A DNA stretch of 63,662 bases, filler included, from Squatina squatina (taxonomy: Eukaryota): the NCBI GenBank assembly GCA_031763465.1. It is 4 parts of 4 records of this genome, joined end to end, with 100 filler letters (N's around TTAATTAATTAA, not from the genome) between each part and the next. Parts side by side here need not be neighbours in the genome. Positions count along the whole stretch, not along the records: positions 14,967 to 33,404 come from JARFOE010000004.1; positions 33,505 to 50,364 come from JARFOE010000016.1; 2 more parts are not named here. One strand, given 5' to 3'. The notes under the pieces were generated by a model, which worked only from the letters and a program-made list of their open reading frames with translations, ran no database searches and was not told the origin of the DNA. Positions 24,301 through 37,373 of this stretch are shown here, piece by piece. The stretch's first letter is position 1; each line of letters begins with the position of its first letter. The translations under genes and the position numbers were made by a program.

Positions 24301-24421
24301 TTTAGGATGCTGATCCTAAACNNNNNNNNNNNNNNNNNNNNNNNNNNNNNNNNNNNNNNNNNNNNNNNNNNNNNNNNNNNNNNNNNNNNNNNNNNNNNNN
24401 NNNNNNNNNNNNNNNNNNNNN

Positions 24422-24720
24422 TGGTAGCAGCCCTTCCAAAGGCTGCAGGTGGCAAAATGAGCCATCAGCGAAAGAACAATGGATGGAATTTGGAGGCTGG
24501 AAACAGAACTTGTGGCCAAACGTTTCGCTCAATGGCTGGTGAAGTGGAGGTATTGTTGTGTGAGGTGAATGCAAGGAGGCAGCCCTGTTTGGCACTCCAT
24601 GTCACTCTCCCCTGATGACAGTAATACCTGCCAGGAGAAGGTAGGGTCAATGCAGTGCACAGTACGAAAAGGACCCGAGAAGAGTTGCAGAAGTAGATGG
24701 CGCACCTTAAAGAGGTGAGC
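24422..24720 (+). mobile_element. Degenerate Harbinger Myb/SANT-like ORF fragment
   Basis: GEVEVLLCEVNARRQPCL resembles the EVEVLLxEVxxRRxxLF trihelix start; it ends at gag|gtgagc. Confidence 0.45.
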
Positions 24721-26718
24721 TACACAATACAGCAGTTGGGCCTAGAGAGCCTGCTGCAAAATATTGCCTATCAATCNNNNNNNNNNAAAACAACCTTCCA
24801 TTACTTACCATGTGTATTTATATTCTAGCAGGGTGCACATTCCAACTACAACTTACAATTGAAAGCCTTTGCATACTGACTTCTTGAGCTTGGGTGGAGC
24901 AGGTTAGGAAGCTAAGAGTGAGAAAGATCAGAGTGGGAATGGATATTTATGTTAGATGATGGCACAGCAGAGGTTCAGGTAGGAGGCAGACTATACCAAA
25001 GACAAGCAAATAAATGCATTTGGAAGGAAATGCTGATACATATTAAATGGCAAATACAAAAGCAGGTTGATGCTGAAATTCAGCAGATTCCATGTTCATT
25101 TTCCTTCTTGCTTCAGTTTCAGTTCAAACTGCAGTACACTGCATTCTACAGAGAAAGGACAACTGCCAATAGGTACAACCTACTGGACTGCCAAGGATCA
25201 GAGTCACATCCTCTACTAGGTTGCAAGGTTGAAGTGTATACCCAAACTAGATCGTCAGTGATCAGATGCATGCAAAGCTGCAGTAATCCGTTGCTGCAGT
25301 CACCATAAACTTATCTGTCGTGCTGAAAGATGATTATAGTTTGCTCAGGTGGGCTCATTGGTGCTCTACAGTAGTACACCTGAAATTGTATTTAGTTAAA
25401 TGAAGCCTGGCAGTAAGAGGACACTGTAGGTGGATAAGAACATCTGCTCTACGTTCCAACAGGTGCTCAACAGTAAGTACAACTGAAATTAAAAAAAACT
25501 CCTTTAAAATGTTTACAAACATTAATGGTTTTAAAGTAATGTACCATTAATTTTTTTGTTTTTAAATTTATTTACAACTCTTACACTGGTAAAACATATA
25601 CACTAGGTTTTACCATGTGTAAAAAATTTTAACAGATTTCCAGTGCAAGCTGTACAAAAATCTCGCAAAGCTCAGCACTGGAAATCTGTTTCCCAGCCTG
25701 AGCGTTGGATCTGTCAAAGATAGATCTCGACAGGTCACAAATGCCGATCTGTGGACTTGTGCTGAGCAGCCACAGAGCCGCCGGGGAAATCGCAATTTCA
25801 GGCCCATTGTCACACATCTTTTCTGCACCCTCTCTAAGGCCTTCACATCCTTCNNNNNNNNNNNNNNNNNNNNNNNNNNNNNNNNNNNNNNNNNNNNNNN
25901 NNNNNNNNNNNNNNNNNNNNNNNNNNNNNNNNNNNNNNNNNNNNNNNNNNNNNGGTTGGGAATCTTGTGTACCATGTGAAACGGAAGGAGGTGGTGAGTT
26001 CCATAACTCATCATTTTCCACTCTCCACTGGCCCAGTTCCTGCTGGCAAATCATTTCACCAGCAGAGTTTTCTACTATCACAGGTCCAAACGATTGCCGA
26101 TGATTAATAAAGTAGAAACACATAGAACAAAATTCATATGATATGCACATTTTATTTTGTTCCAAAAATAGCAAAATGTATATTAAGGACATTAATATGG
26201 AGTTAATAGCAAAATATCTGGCGAATTGCCGTCCAATATACAGACTCAAACTTTGTACTGGATTTACGACCATTCACATCCCAATGTATCATTCAATCAA
26301 TTTTCATTTACATTAAAATTAAAATAATACTTCCTTATTGTAGGTTTAATACCACTTGCACTTTAAACTTATAAATTCTGACTATCATTCAGGGATTGAG
26401 GGATAAATTTAAGGTAAATGCTATTCTGGTGTTGTTATTATCTGTCTGGACTGAGATTTGAACTCAGTCAATACCTGAGCAGCTGGTTAATGCAGAACTG
26501 ACAAACACAGCATGAAATATGTCTGCGACACTCCAAACCAGCNNNNNNNNNNNNNNNNNNNNNNNNNNNNNNNNNNNNNNNNNNNNNNNNNNNNNNNNNN
26601 NNNNNNNNNNNNNNNNNNNNNNNNNNNNNNNNNNNNNNNNNNNNNNNNNNNNNNNNNNNNNNNNNNNNNNNNNNAAGTGCCTTAAAATTTGCACACAAGG
26701 TAGGAAAGCAATGCTCCT

Positions 26719-27438
26719 TCAAAACCTTGTTTCCGAAGCTCCATGCCTTAACTTGTTATCTAAAAACTCATTGTTTTCAAAACTTAGATTATTGTGAGAT
26801 CTTGAGATCATAAGTAATTTCTCTTTATTTGTATAACTGCCTTTAACAGTCACCTGTGGTACAGGTAGCGTGTCCATTGGATCTTCCTTATTTTCCAGTT
26901 TCACGTAACCCTTGCTGTTACTACGGTCAAGCCTTGGCCAGCTTGGGTGCTTTCTTTGCTCTGCTTGAACCGTGAGTGTTGAGGTGCCTCTCTCCAAGTC
27001 CAAAGACTTTGAATGACAGGACAACATGTGAAGGGAAGTGTTTGATCCAAAATCTTTCTTGGGGAAACCTGGCGATAGAAATATTCCCATGGATGCACCA
27101 GAAGATGCATTGGGTGAGTTTCCATCTGTTACAGTGGTACTGCTTCTTAACAAACGTGGATTAGGTGGCTTATAGGAGTCATTAATATCAGTTGACGGCA
27201 CTGTTAAAGAAGTCATAGATGTGTGTCTAGCCCTACCTTTACCGAGGTCAGAATCCTCTGTGATATTATCAAGTTCGGGCTCATCAATCACACAGTTGTT
27301 AAGTTTAATAACAGGGAGTGTGAAAGCACTGATAGATGATGAAACAATAGACTTTGTCTCACACTTTTTAGGATAGCTACTTTTCTCCCTTTGAGATTCT
27401 GTCTGTAGCCTATAGATGGAACCTGATGGTGTTGGGGG
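26719..27438 (-). CDS. TMEM200A: TMEM200A, C-terminal about 240 aa (partial)
   Basis: [31 protein letters not shown]...[19 protein letters not shown]...[31 protein letters not shown]...[17 protein letters not shown]...SETRF*, near-identical to the recalled human TMEM200A C-terminus. In-frame stops appear upstream of 27438. Confidence 0.95.
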   Translation of the reverse strand, partial: PPTPSGSIYRLQTESQREKSSYPKKCETKSIVSSSISAFTLPVIKLNNCVIDEPELDNITEDSDLGKGRARHTSMTSLTVPSTDINDSYKPPNPRLLRSSTTVTDGNSPNASSGASMGIFLSPGFPKKDFGSNTSLHMLSCHSKSLDLERGTSTLTVQAEQRKHPSWPRLDRSNSKGYVKLENKEDPMDTLPVPQVTVKGSYTNKEKLLMISRSHNNLSFENNEFLDNKLRHGASETRF

Positions 27439-28495
27439 TTACAATTAGCTTTCGCAACCCTAAATCAAGGATGGGAGAAATCATTGAGAGCTTCCACCCA
27501 TCGTCATTATACTGTAACGTCTGCTGAAAGTATAAGTGGTGGAATCAAAAATAGAATCAGCTGTGATACTTCTGACAGGAAAACAACCCATCAATACGTA
27601 TGAATGCTGTCTACTTAGATGCGCTATCCAAGGGTGACCACCATCCATAACATACCTTAACAAGGAGTCAACAAGGGACTGGGCAGACTAGATGCAGGAA
27701 GGATGTTCCGGATGGTGGGGAAGTCCAGAANNNNNNNNNNNNNNNNNNNNNNNNNNNNNNNNNNNNNNNNNNNNNNNNNNNNNNNNNNNNNNNNNNNNNN
27801 NNNNNNNNNNNNNNNNNNNNNNNNNNNNNNTTTTAATCCAATGTTTCTTTCCCTCTCTTTAGTTCTATTCCTGCACCAGATTTGACATTGAATTCAGCCA
27901 CTCCATTTTACCCTCTGTCTCAGACCTTCCTGTCTATTTCTCAATCCTTAAATCTCACTGCTTAAGGAAATATACACTGTCTCATTTTTCTCCAAGGTCC
28001 CAGACGCCCTGTTGCCCTCACTGCACCATTATCAGCTTGCACTTCCAGCAACTTTGTGGGCAAAAATGTTTAAAAATTCAATGTGCATGAACAAGTCTAA
28101 CTAATGGAGCATACTGTGAAATGCCCCATGCCAGCAAAATTACCATTCACTTTACTGTGAAACAAAACAGCTCAAGGATTCATATCAAGTCTTATCTCAC
28201 TTAAGTATTTGCTTGGTAGTCCTTAAGGGAAATTGAAGTATTACACATGTGAAAGACACAAATATCTAGTCCAGGTCACATCGGTGAAAGCATCAGGTTA
28301 TAATTGTTACACCCCTGGGTTATACTATTCTACAAGTAGATATAGGGCAGTGCAAGTCAACTCCCATTAATATAAGATGTTCAACTCACTTATGACAGGC
28401 TTGATAGACTAAAGCCAAGAAGATATCTACAGCAGATCCAAATTTGCTGCCGGTCTCCTTACATAGGGGATGGGCGGGGCAATGCATGGGGTCTC

Positions 28496-28556
28496 TGGGC
28501 ACTCCATGCTGGTCAGGTGCCAGAGATTCTGGCACCATGGAGCAAGTGAGTGCCCA
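28496..28556. repeat. Imperfect palindrome/hairpin (MITE-like core)
   Basis: TGGGCACTC..GCT..GGTGCCAGA-gat-TCTGGCACC..AGC..GAGTGCCCA. Confidence 0.7.
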
Positions 28557-28784
28557 AGATGTACACATAGTAGCACAGACTCCCACCAGCACCATGCAAA
28601 TGAGGGGCCTTCTCATCCATAACTACTGGATTGTGAACCGCGCATTTTTGGAGCTTATTAGATTTACACACTCTACCTTTATAATAAAAGGTAGTTATCA
28701 TGGGAAAAATAGGCTTTTATGCGCATTCTATTCTATTTAATCAATTTAGCATTATACAGAGCCTCAAGTCGGCTCTCTCGAACA

Positions 28785-29070
28785 AAAGCAAATTTAAAAG
28801 TCCCATCCTTGTGTTCAAAACCCTTCATGGCCTTGGGTCTCCCTATCCCTGGAGCCTTCATGAGCCCAACAACGCCCCAAGAACTCTTCCAATTTTGATG
28901 TCCTGTGTACCCCTCTTCACCCCACCATTGGCGGCCATCATACCTTCAGCCATCTTGGCGCTACGCTCTGGAATTTCCTTTCTAAATCTCCCCACCTTCA
29001 TCTCCTCCTTTTAAGACCCTTCTGAAAACCCACCAAGCTTTTACTCACCCCTCCTAAAATCTACTTCTTT
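28785..29070 (+). mobile_element. L2-clade LINE 3' fragment
   Basis: KFKSPILVFKTLHGLGSPY plus a 3' UTR similar to 41966-42370. Confidence 0.75.
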
Positions 29071-31787
29071 AGGTTGGTGGATTGTTCTGCCTCTGATATA
29101 GTTATCATAGGCAGGACAATCCACCCCTAAATTTTAAAAAATCATTAAATCACTGCTTCTGCCAGAAACTGGGGGCAGTATTCCATTTTATTATGAGGCC
29201 ACATTTGGGAGCATCATCTTTGTAAAAGGAGAAAGGAAGGAGAGCATTTAGACAATTGCTTTGACAGTAGGTCCCCGTTATAGTAAATGGGATTATCTGA
29301 TATCAATTTCTTTCTACATAGCTCTCTTGTCAGAAATCATTCAAATATATGCAATTGCTTTTATTTACTTACTGGTTTTAAAATATAAAAAATTATAATG
29401 GAAATTATTGTTTGCTATTCAGTTCATGGTTGAAAAGCACTGCAATGTTTTCACTCTTATCGTAAAGCATTTAATGAAAGAACACATCTTGAAGCTGGTT
29501 ATGTATTTTTGTGCATCTGCTGCTGATTCAACATTTAAAAGAGCACTGCTTTCAAACAAAGAACAGAATAACAGAAATCAGCTTGAAACGTGTTTGTGTC
29601 CCTCTCATTTGACATCAACATGTTAAAAATGATTGATATGTGATNNNNNNNNNNNNNNNNNNNNNNNNNNNNNNNNNNNNNNNNNNNNNNNNNNNNNNNN
29701 NNNNNNNNNNNNNNNNNNNNNNNNNNNNNNNNNNNNNNNNNNNNTCTTTGAGATCGGAGGCATCTGCACACAGGAAGCCTCCGATCGCAAATTCAGGCCC
29801 ACTGTATTAATGCAAGTTTGTAACAAGATTTGACTGTACCTGCAGTTCATTCATCCTTTAATTTGTGCAAAACCACTCACCAAATAATTATTGTATCAAG
29901 CAGTAACACAATATTTAATAAACCAGAGGACATTTTAATTAAAGCTGGGAATGGCCAATTGTGTTTGTCTTAATTAACTATTTAAGATCTGCCTGAATAC
30001 TTTGAATATTAAATTAAGATGTATATAATCAAATAGTTAAATTAAGTCCAGCAATGCTAACTTTTGAAAATATATATCCTTATGTACATTTCATTATTTT
30101 GGAAAATGAAATGTTACATTACCAGATATTATTGTAATCTGTCAAATGATTCTATACACAAACAACGCAAAACAAATCATTCCACTGCAAACAAAGGAGG
30201 CAAAAAACAATGAACACAATTAATCCATTTTAGTGTCCGTTAGATTAAGTGTCCAGTTCTTGGAAGAAACCCTTCAGCACATTTAAATATACAATTCAAG
30301 GGTCAATCACAAAGAGTCCATACCAGCTATCACTGGGCAGGTATTTGCATAATTAAGTCCTGAGGAAATGGATGGGAGATGAGCTCAGTTTAGTGCTGCT
30401 GAAAGTGTAAGCACTCTAAATGAGTCTGCCAAGTCAACAGCGAATATTCCAGTAGTTTTCTTTTGGAATTCCATTTTTAGTACATATAGAGTTCTTGTGC
30501 TTTGAATTAAAGATGAGTTTTAATTGAGAAACAGGCGACCTACAGCTGCAGTGCTGTACATCAGTCTTTTCAAAGCTCATTCTGCCCACTTTCCTCTGCA
30601 GTTTTAAACATGAGGATGGAATTGTAGATTTTCAGAGCTGGTCCTAGTTTAATGCTCATTATTTTCACAATATCTGTCTGTGTCAGAAGTAGAAATGCTT
30701 ATCCGTCAATTTGCTAAAGAAAAATAAAGTTAGAAAAGGTATTAATACATATTCAATTCAGTATGCAACATTGGCAGTGGTTATTCATTCATGTTATGAA
30801 CTATATACTTTTTTTTAAGGTGACAATGCTGTAACATTTGGACCTCTGAGTAACAAATCTGAGAAAAATAAATTTAATACAACATCTTCATCTTACCAAA
30901 TCAATTTGAATTTTCTTAAAATTATAGCCTGTAATCTGCACATACATGTTAGAATTTACAAAGTATGGTTCCTATCATGTCAGAAGTACACTGGAATGCT
31001 ACATGTCTGACATTATCACTGCTATTTATTAGATTCTAGCTCTTCACATATGTCGTTTACTTACCCCGATAACCATGATAGAAAGCTAATCACTTTTCAC
31101 AAAAGTAAGAAAAAGGAAAATGATAATATTTTAAAATGGATCTTCTGCATTTTTATATATTTTTCTTTCTCTCTTCAGGTCCCCTGCACCACTAACTATA
31201 TATAAGCCTGCTGTTTGATTTCCCTGTGCTGCCAAAGCACCGCTACAGCTGAGAAAATAATAACATTCTCCAGCTTTTCCTCCCTTTCTTTGAGCACCAC
31301 CAATCCTCCACTTTGCACTCCTCCCCAGAGGCCCATTTGAGAACAGAAACTCAGCATGTCAGAAAATGCTGCCACAAACCCACACTCATCACTCTGTAGC
31401 CAACCAGACCTACAGCCTGAAACATCTAATGTTCCAGCTGGGCTTCACCTGACTCAGGCTTTTACAATCCTTCATAACTGATTAAATTGTATCCAACAAA
31501 TTACATATTGGAAACGAATTAACAATTTATTTTGAAGACCTAGGTGAAGAGAGGAACTCTAGGGCACCAGGGTCCCAATTCCACTGAACTAATGTGATTA
31601 TTCTAAGGTTCAATGTGGCAATTAAAATTCATTTTGACAGTTAATTAGTTGAGGAAATGCATCACTTTAAGTTGAGTAAGCAATTCCTTACTCATTACTG
31701 CATACAGCCATCAGTGATATATAATTATAACGTAAACAAGTGATCTGGTTTGGCTCTATTGAAGAACCTCCAGAAGACAAACATGTA

Positions 31788-31926
31788 GGGGGTAATTTTG
31801 AATTTGTGCAATAATGCAAAACTGTAGCCCATTTTCCATCTCGATTTTTTAAATTGAGAAATGAAAAATGGGCTGATTTGCCATCACCCTTCTTACACTA
31901 TCACACAAAGTCAAAATTACTCTCCC
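31788..31926. mobile_element. Palindromic MITE-like element
   Basis: Terminal gggggtaattttgaatttgtg pairs with cacaaagtcaaaattactctccc; inner agcccatttt pairs with aaaatgggct. Confidence 0.7.
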
Positions 31927-32174
31927 AACCCCTCCCCCACTCCGCCCCCATAGTCTATAAAGACCACTGGGTTACATACATGCAACCCTTTAATTTTCTA
32001 TTTCACTTTTCATTTTGGCAAACTATTCAAATGTGGCACTTCCATTATGATTTAGTTATCACTGTTACTCAGAAATCCTTGTATTCTTCTGTTTTGCATA
32101 TTTCAAATCATGGAGAACCCAAACGCCTTCTCCTAAATATTATTATTCTGTGTTTCATTAAAAGCTGAAGTTCC

Positions 32175-32347
32175 ATAAGATCATAAAAATATAGGAGTAG
32201 GCCATCCGGCCCTTTGAGCCTACTCTGTCATTCAATAAGATCATAGCTGATCTTCTACCTCAACTCCACTTTCCTGCCATATCCCCAAATATCCAAAAAT
32301 CTAATGATCTCTGTCTTGAATATAATCAACGACTAAGCAACCCTCTG
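32175..32347 (-). mobile_element. CR1 LINE 3' tail
   Basis: cataagatcataaaaatataggagtaggccatccggccc..., same family as 16477. Confidence 0.82.
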
Positions 32348-32448
32348 NNNNNNNNNNNNNNNNNNNNNNNNNNNNNNNNNNNNNNNNNNNNNNNNNNNNN
32401 NNNNNNNNNNNNNNNNNNNNNNNNNNNNNNNNNNNNNNNNNNNNNNNC

Positions 32449-32472
32449 AGAGAGAGAGAGAGAGAGAGAGAG
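32449..32472. repeat. (AG)n microsatellite
   Basis: Seen directly at the contig edge. Confidence 0.9.
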
Positions 32473-33204
32473 ATTATGCACGCTGTAAAATGAAACTGAT
32501 TACATACATGAGAAGTTCACTGTCAAAATATTTGACAAGACAATAGTACATATTATCTGGAATACGTCACTTAGAACAGACAAGAGCAATGTTAATTATT
32601 AACTACCTCATCTTCATGCTGATAATTACCATATTTATATGCAAATTACACTCAAAGGTCATTTGCACTTTACATTTTTCATCTTTAGTTATCTTCCATG
32701 TCATAGTTCAGAGGTAGACTTGGACATGGTTTCTGATGTTTACCATGTCCGTTACAGCCTAAATAAGACAGTGATCGGCCGTCACTGCCAACACATCACA
32801 TAACTTACACAAAGTTAAAGTATTTAAGCTTATTGATAATGAAAATTATGGGGTCTCACAAATTTACTATTTATCACTTTAGAAAATACAAGTAACTGGT
32901 TTTTCCTTCTCTGAAATTCCTGATTCTTATTTACATTGTAAACTTTTTGTTGCTCTACCAACAGTGAATTTACCATATTTGTTTAAAATACAGGGGCTGG
33001 AAAGGTCAAATTGTCAGTGTTGACAGGGGCATCCAGAACATCACAGCCCTCCTACATTCTACTGTCATACACAGCCATAGGAGTGCAGAGTTGCAGCCCC
33101 AGGACAGGGGTATTGCCTCCATGGGAAAAGAACTTGCTGTCCTCTCTTGGGAACAGCGTGCCTGCTCCCTTGCCACGCACTCTGCAAGTGCCCATGTCAA
33201 TTTC

Positions 33205-33404
33205 ACATAAGAACATAAAAAAATAGGAGCAGGAGGGAGCAGGAGTAGGCCATATGGCCCTCGAGCCTGCACCGTTATTCAATAAGATCATGGCTGATCA
33301 TCGACCTAACTCCACTTTCCTGCCCGATCTCCATCTCACTCAATTCCCCAAGAGTCCAAAAATCTATCTATCTCAGCCTTGAATATATTCAAAGACTCAG
33401 TATG
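33205..33404 (-). mobile_element. CR1 LINE 3' tail
   Basis: acataagaacata...ggagtaggccatatggccctcgagcctg, same family. Confidence 0.85.
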
Positions 33405-33448
33405 NNNNNNNNNNNNNNNNNNNNNNNNNNNNNNNNNNNNNNNNNNNN

Positions 33449-33460
33449 TTAATTAATTAA
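33449..33460. other. Artificial scaffold linker TTAATTAATTAA
   Basis: Same N44-12-N44 structure as at 14911. Confidence 0.95.
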
Positions 33461-33504
33461 NNNNNNNNNNNNNNNNNNNNNNNNNNNNNNNNNNNNNNNN
33501 NNNN

Positions 33505-34771
33505 TTCATAAATGCATATCCAAGAGAAAAATACCAAGCCAAAATCAAGTCTCCAGTTTCTTTTAATACCTCAGGAATATTTGGAGACATCCCAATATCA
33601 AGTTTTGATAGTCCGTTATACACAGACACTTTAGTCAATAAAGAAAACTATTATGCATGTTCTTGCAGTGCAGAACAAGAAGACAACAGAGCAGCCTATC
33701 ATCTGCAATATCCACCATTCCTAGAGCACAAGGATTGGAATTTGTTGCAAGATGTGACCACAGTTTTACCAGAGGAGATTTCACATTTTGAGGATCTCTC
33801 CATACAACCAGCACAGAATAAGAAATTTTCTCATACAGCAGGAACATCTCCTATTGAAACTCCACCCCTTTTGCCTGAGAAGGTTAATGGTCAAAATAGT
33901 TCCTTCATAACCTCTTTATCAGATGATGATCTAGAAATAAAAAGGTTAGTGACGGAGTTGGAAAATCAGCTTCAGACACCTAGAAGGAATGATGAAACTA
34001 CTGTTGCCCAAGTAAGCACTGAACAATATATGAATGTAAATTTAAAAGATCAAACTAGTCCGCTTACATCTCTGCATCTAGAGCAAGATAATGGCAGTGG
34101 AAAGAATATTTTTATTTCAAATAATCACTTTCGTAGTGGAAGTACTGCTATGCACACAACAAAATATTGTACTGATCAAGTATCCAATCCCCCTAAAGTT
34201 GCAGACCAAAATACTGATGGAGGCATTGAAGATAATGAAGACATTTGGACCTGCTCTTTCCAGCTTGTGTCATTAGATGCTGAGCCAGATTTCCAAACAC
34301 CTGATAAAATTTGTGAAAATCCAGATTCTCCTCCTAAGGGTGATCAACCCCACTATCAGATGGGCCTAAAAGACTCAGAAAACACAAAAGTAAAAGAACA
34401 TAGACACAGCAATCAAGAAGAAAGTAGTGAATCCCCTGGGAGTTACTCAGAAAAATCAGAGGAAAAATTAGAAAACCAGCATTACACACAAAATCTAATT
34501 GCAAGTCTTGCAATAATGTCAGATACTGTGTTAGGCAAAAATTCATTGGAACAAAGTCCAGATGGTGAAGAAGGATCTAAAACCATAAGCAAAAATGAAA
34601 ACTGCTCTAATTGTAGCAGCACGAACTGTGACAAGTTATTTAACCTCTCTCCTCAGTACGGACCTGCTGAATGTGATGTTGCAGAGAAACAGCCAGAGCA
34701 CGAGCGTGATGCAGTTTTGTTCACATTTGAGAACAGTGTGCCCTCACCTTGTGTGAAAGCAACTGTCTGTT
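33505..34771 (+). CDS. ZNF469: ZNF469 giant coding exon, fragment 1
   Basis: Open from the contig start. GIFGDIPISSFDSPLY and LSDDDLEIKRLVTELENQLQ match recalled ZNF469 blocks (LFPDLPVDRFDPPLY; LSEDELEIQKLVTELESQLQ). Confidence 0.85.
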
Positions 34772-35679
34772 NNNNNNNNNNNNNNNNNNNNNNNNNNNNN
34801 NNNNNNNNNNNNNNNNNNNNNNNNNNNNNNNNNNNNNNNNNNNNNNNNNNNNNNNNNNNNNNNNNNNNNNNNNNNNNNNNNNNNNNNNNNNNNNNNNNNN
34901 NNNNNNNNNNNNNNNNNNNNNNNNNNNNNNNNNNNNNNNNNNNNNNNNNNNNNNNNNNNNNNNNNNNNNNNNNNNNNNNNNNNNNNNNNNNNNNNNNNNN
35001 NNNNNNNNNNNNNNNNNNNNNNNNNNNNNNNNNNNNNNNNNNNNNNNNNNNNNNNNNNNNNNNNNNNNNNNNNNNNNNNNNNNNNNNNNNNNNNNNNNNN
35101 NNNNNNNNNNNNNNNNNNNNNNNNNNNNNNNNNNNNNNNNNNNNNNNNNNNNNNNNNNNNNNNNNNNNNNNNNNNNNNNNNNNNNNNNNNNNNNNNNNNN
35201 NNNNNNNNNNNNNNNNNNNNNNNNNNNNNNNNNNNNNNNNNNNNNNNNNNNNNNNNNNNNNNNNNNNNNNNNNNNNNNNNNNNNNNNNNNNNNNNNNNNN
35301 NNNNNNNNNNNNNNNNNNNNNNNNNNNNNNNNNNNNNNNNNNNNNNNNNNNNNNNNNNNNNNNNNNNNNNNNNNNNNNNNNNNNNNNNNNNNNNNNNNNN
35401 NNNNNNNNNNNNNNNNNNNNNNNNNNNNNNNNNNNNNNNNNNNNNNNNNNNNNNNNNNNNNNNNNNNNNNNNNNNNNNNNNNNNNNNNNNNNNNNNNNNN
35501 NNNNNNNNNNNNNNNNNNNNNNNNNNNNNNNNNNNNNNNNNNNNNNNNNNNNNNNNNNNNNNNNNNNNNNNNNNNNNNNNNNNNNNNNNNNNNNNNNNNN
35601 NNNNNNNNNNNNNNNNNNNNNNNNNNNNNNNNNNNNNNNNNNNNNNNNNNNNNNNNNNNNNNNNNNNNNNNNNNNNNNN

Positions 35680-37273
35680 TCTGCGTCACTGTTTTTTAAA
35701 GAGCAAGAAAAAACAGAAAAAGTAACTCCTGCTGTTTTAAGTCGTGACATAGGGCAACCAGCAGAAAAAGGCAAACAGTGTTTGGATGCTTTGGAGAAAA
35801 ATGTGCAGCCTGATCAATCAAACCATCCTTTGCCTCAGTCATATGCTGGTGAAAATAACTGTGATGAGGAAACTCTGGTGAAAAATTTAGCCATAGATGA
35901 CATTCCTCAGTGCAAACCTACATTAAGCATTACTGACCCAATGAAAAAATCTAAATTTCAGCTCTGTACAAATGAAATACTGCCATCCGTTGATGGGAAT
36001 TTAGAAAACACCAGCAGAAGTGACAATTTACCTGGGGTTTGTAATTTGACGCAGCCTTCTGAAATAGACAGAGTTTGTTTCAGGAGGAAAAGCATTTCAG
36101 AACAGCTGCCTTTCAGCGTGCCAGGAAATTATTCAAATGTTGCAACTATGCAGAATGACAAATGTGAGCAGCAAAAACTATCAAACAGTTCTACAGACAG
36201 TTTTCTTCCAAAGGATGATAGATGTAAAGAATCATTGTCATTTTTACACCTGCCATACAATTCTCAAAATGCAAAGATAACATCCCTTACTTGTATAACT
36301 GAACCTCAGGAAAATGTAATTAAACAAGACTTTGAATATAAACTAGCAGAGAAGCAAGTTCATGATGGTCACTCTGCTTTAAAAGCTGTCTCAATCGGAG
36401 AAAAAAATTCTGATGATATAATCCTATTGTCTAAAAGAAATGAAGAATTGCCTACCACTGTAACAGCCAGTAATTATACAGTAAAGGATTCAGATAAAAA
36501 TACTGCTGACAATGACAATCGATCATTTTCTGGGAAAGATGATCTGGGTGATAATAGATTTTTTGAACAAACTGCATCAATGCTTACCAATCCGCCCATT
36601 TACATACAAACCAAATCTAATGATTGTACTATATCTGAAATGTTAGTTAAATCTCCCACAACCCATCTAGCTTGCAGTGTAAATTTGGAAATCAATAATC
36701 TGTGTACACCTTTGAATGATTCAAGTGCCTTGGTTGAAAGTGAAGAGCATTCAAAGTGTGCCTGTATTGAGATTTTGTGCCCACATTACAATGAAAGTGT
36801 TCTCCCTTCTTTTCATGGCCAAATGCTTCAGCTACCATCACCTCCCCAAAACGATCCAGATTTAAGTGTTGATTCAATTTCCGTGGAAACCTTAAGTAAA
36901 TACTCAAACAGTGATAATAGTGATAACTCTGCCAAAAGAAAATCAGGTGATGATTTAAATACCCAAATAGACTGTCATACAGGGAAAGCCCCTTTAAAGC
37001 CTGAAGAAAACTTACAAAACTATGTACAAGGTGAATTGTTTCCCAATGGAATTAAGCAGATGGAAGGTAATTTATTCACTGACAATGATAGCACACTCAT
37101 CAATTCAGATTCTTTGACTGAAGACGATAAACTTCATTGTATACCTACAGACCTACAGAAGCATGAAGCACCTGGGATTACAGATAATGCTAAACAATTA
37201 AATGAGTGCTCAGATGGCAAGACTGCTAACCAGTTAACAGAGATTTCTGAAGAGTTTAAAGATGAAGTTGTTA
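35680..37273 (+). CDS. ZNF469: ZNF469 giant coding exon, fragment 2 (low-complexity, disordered region)
   Basis: About 530 stop-free codons in the same frame as fragment 1 across a sized gap; S/D/E/N/K-rich. Confidence 0.75.
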
Positions 37274-37373
37274 NNNNNNNNNNNNNNNNNNNNNNNNNNN
37301 NNNNNNNNNNNNNNNNNNNNNNNNNNNNNNNNNNNNNNNNNNNNNNNNNNNNNNNNNNNNNNNNNNNNNNNNN

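Noticed and set aside
31160-31230. Strong-looking + strand splice acceptor (ttttctttctctcttcag)
   Set aside because: All three frames stop within about 50 nt and the peptides match nothing I recognise; at most a non-coding or terminal exon.
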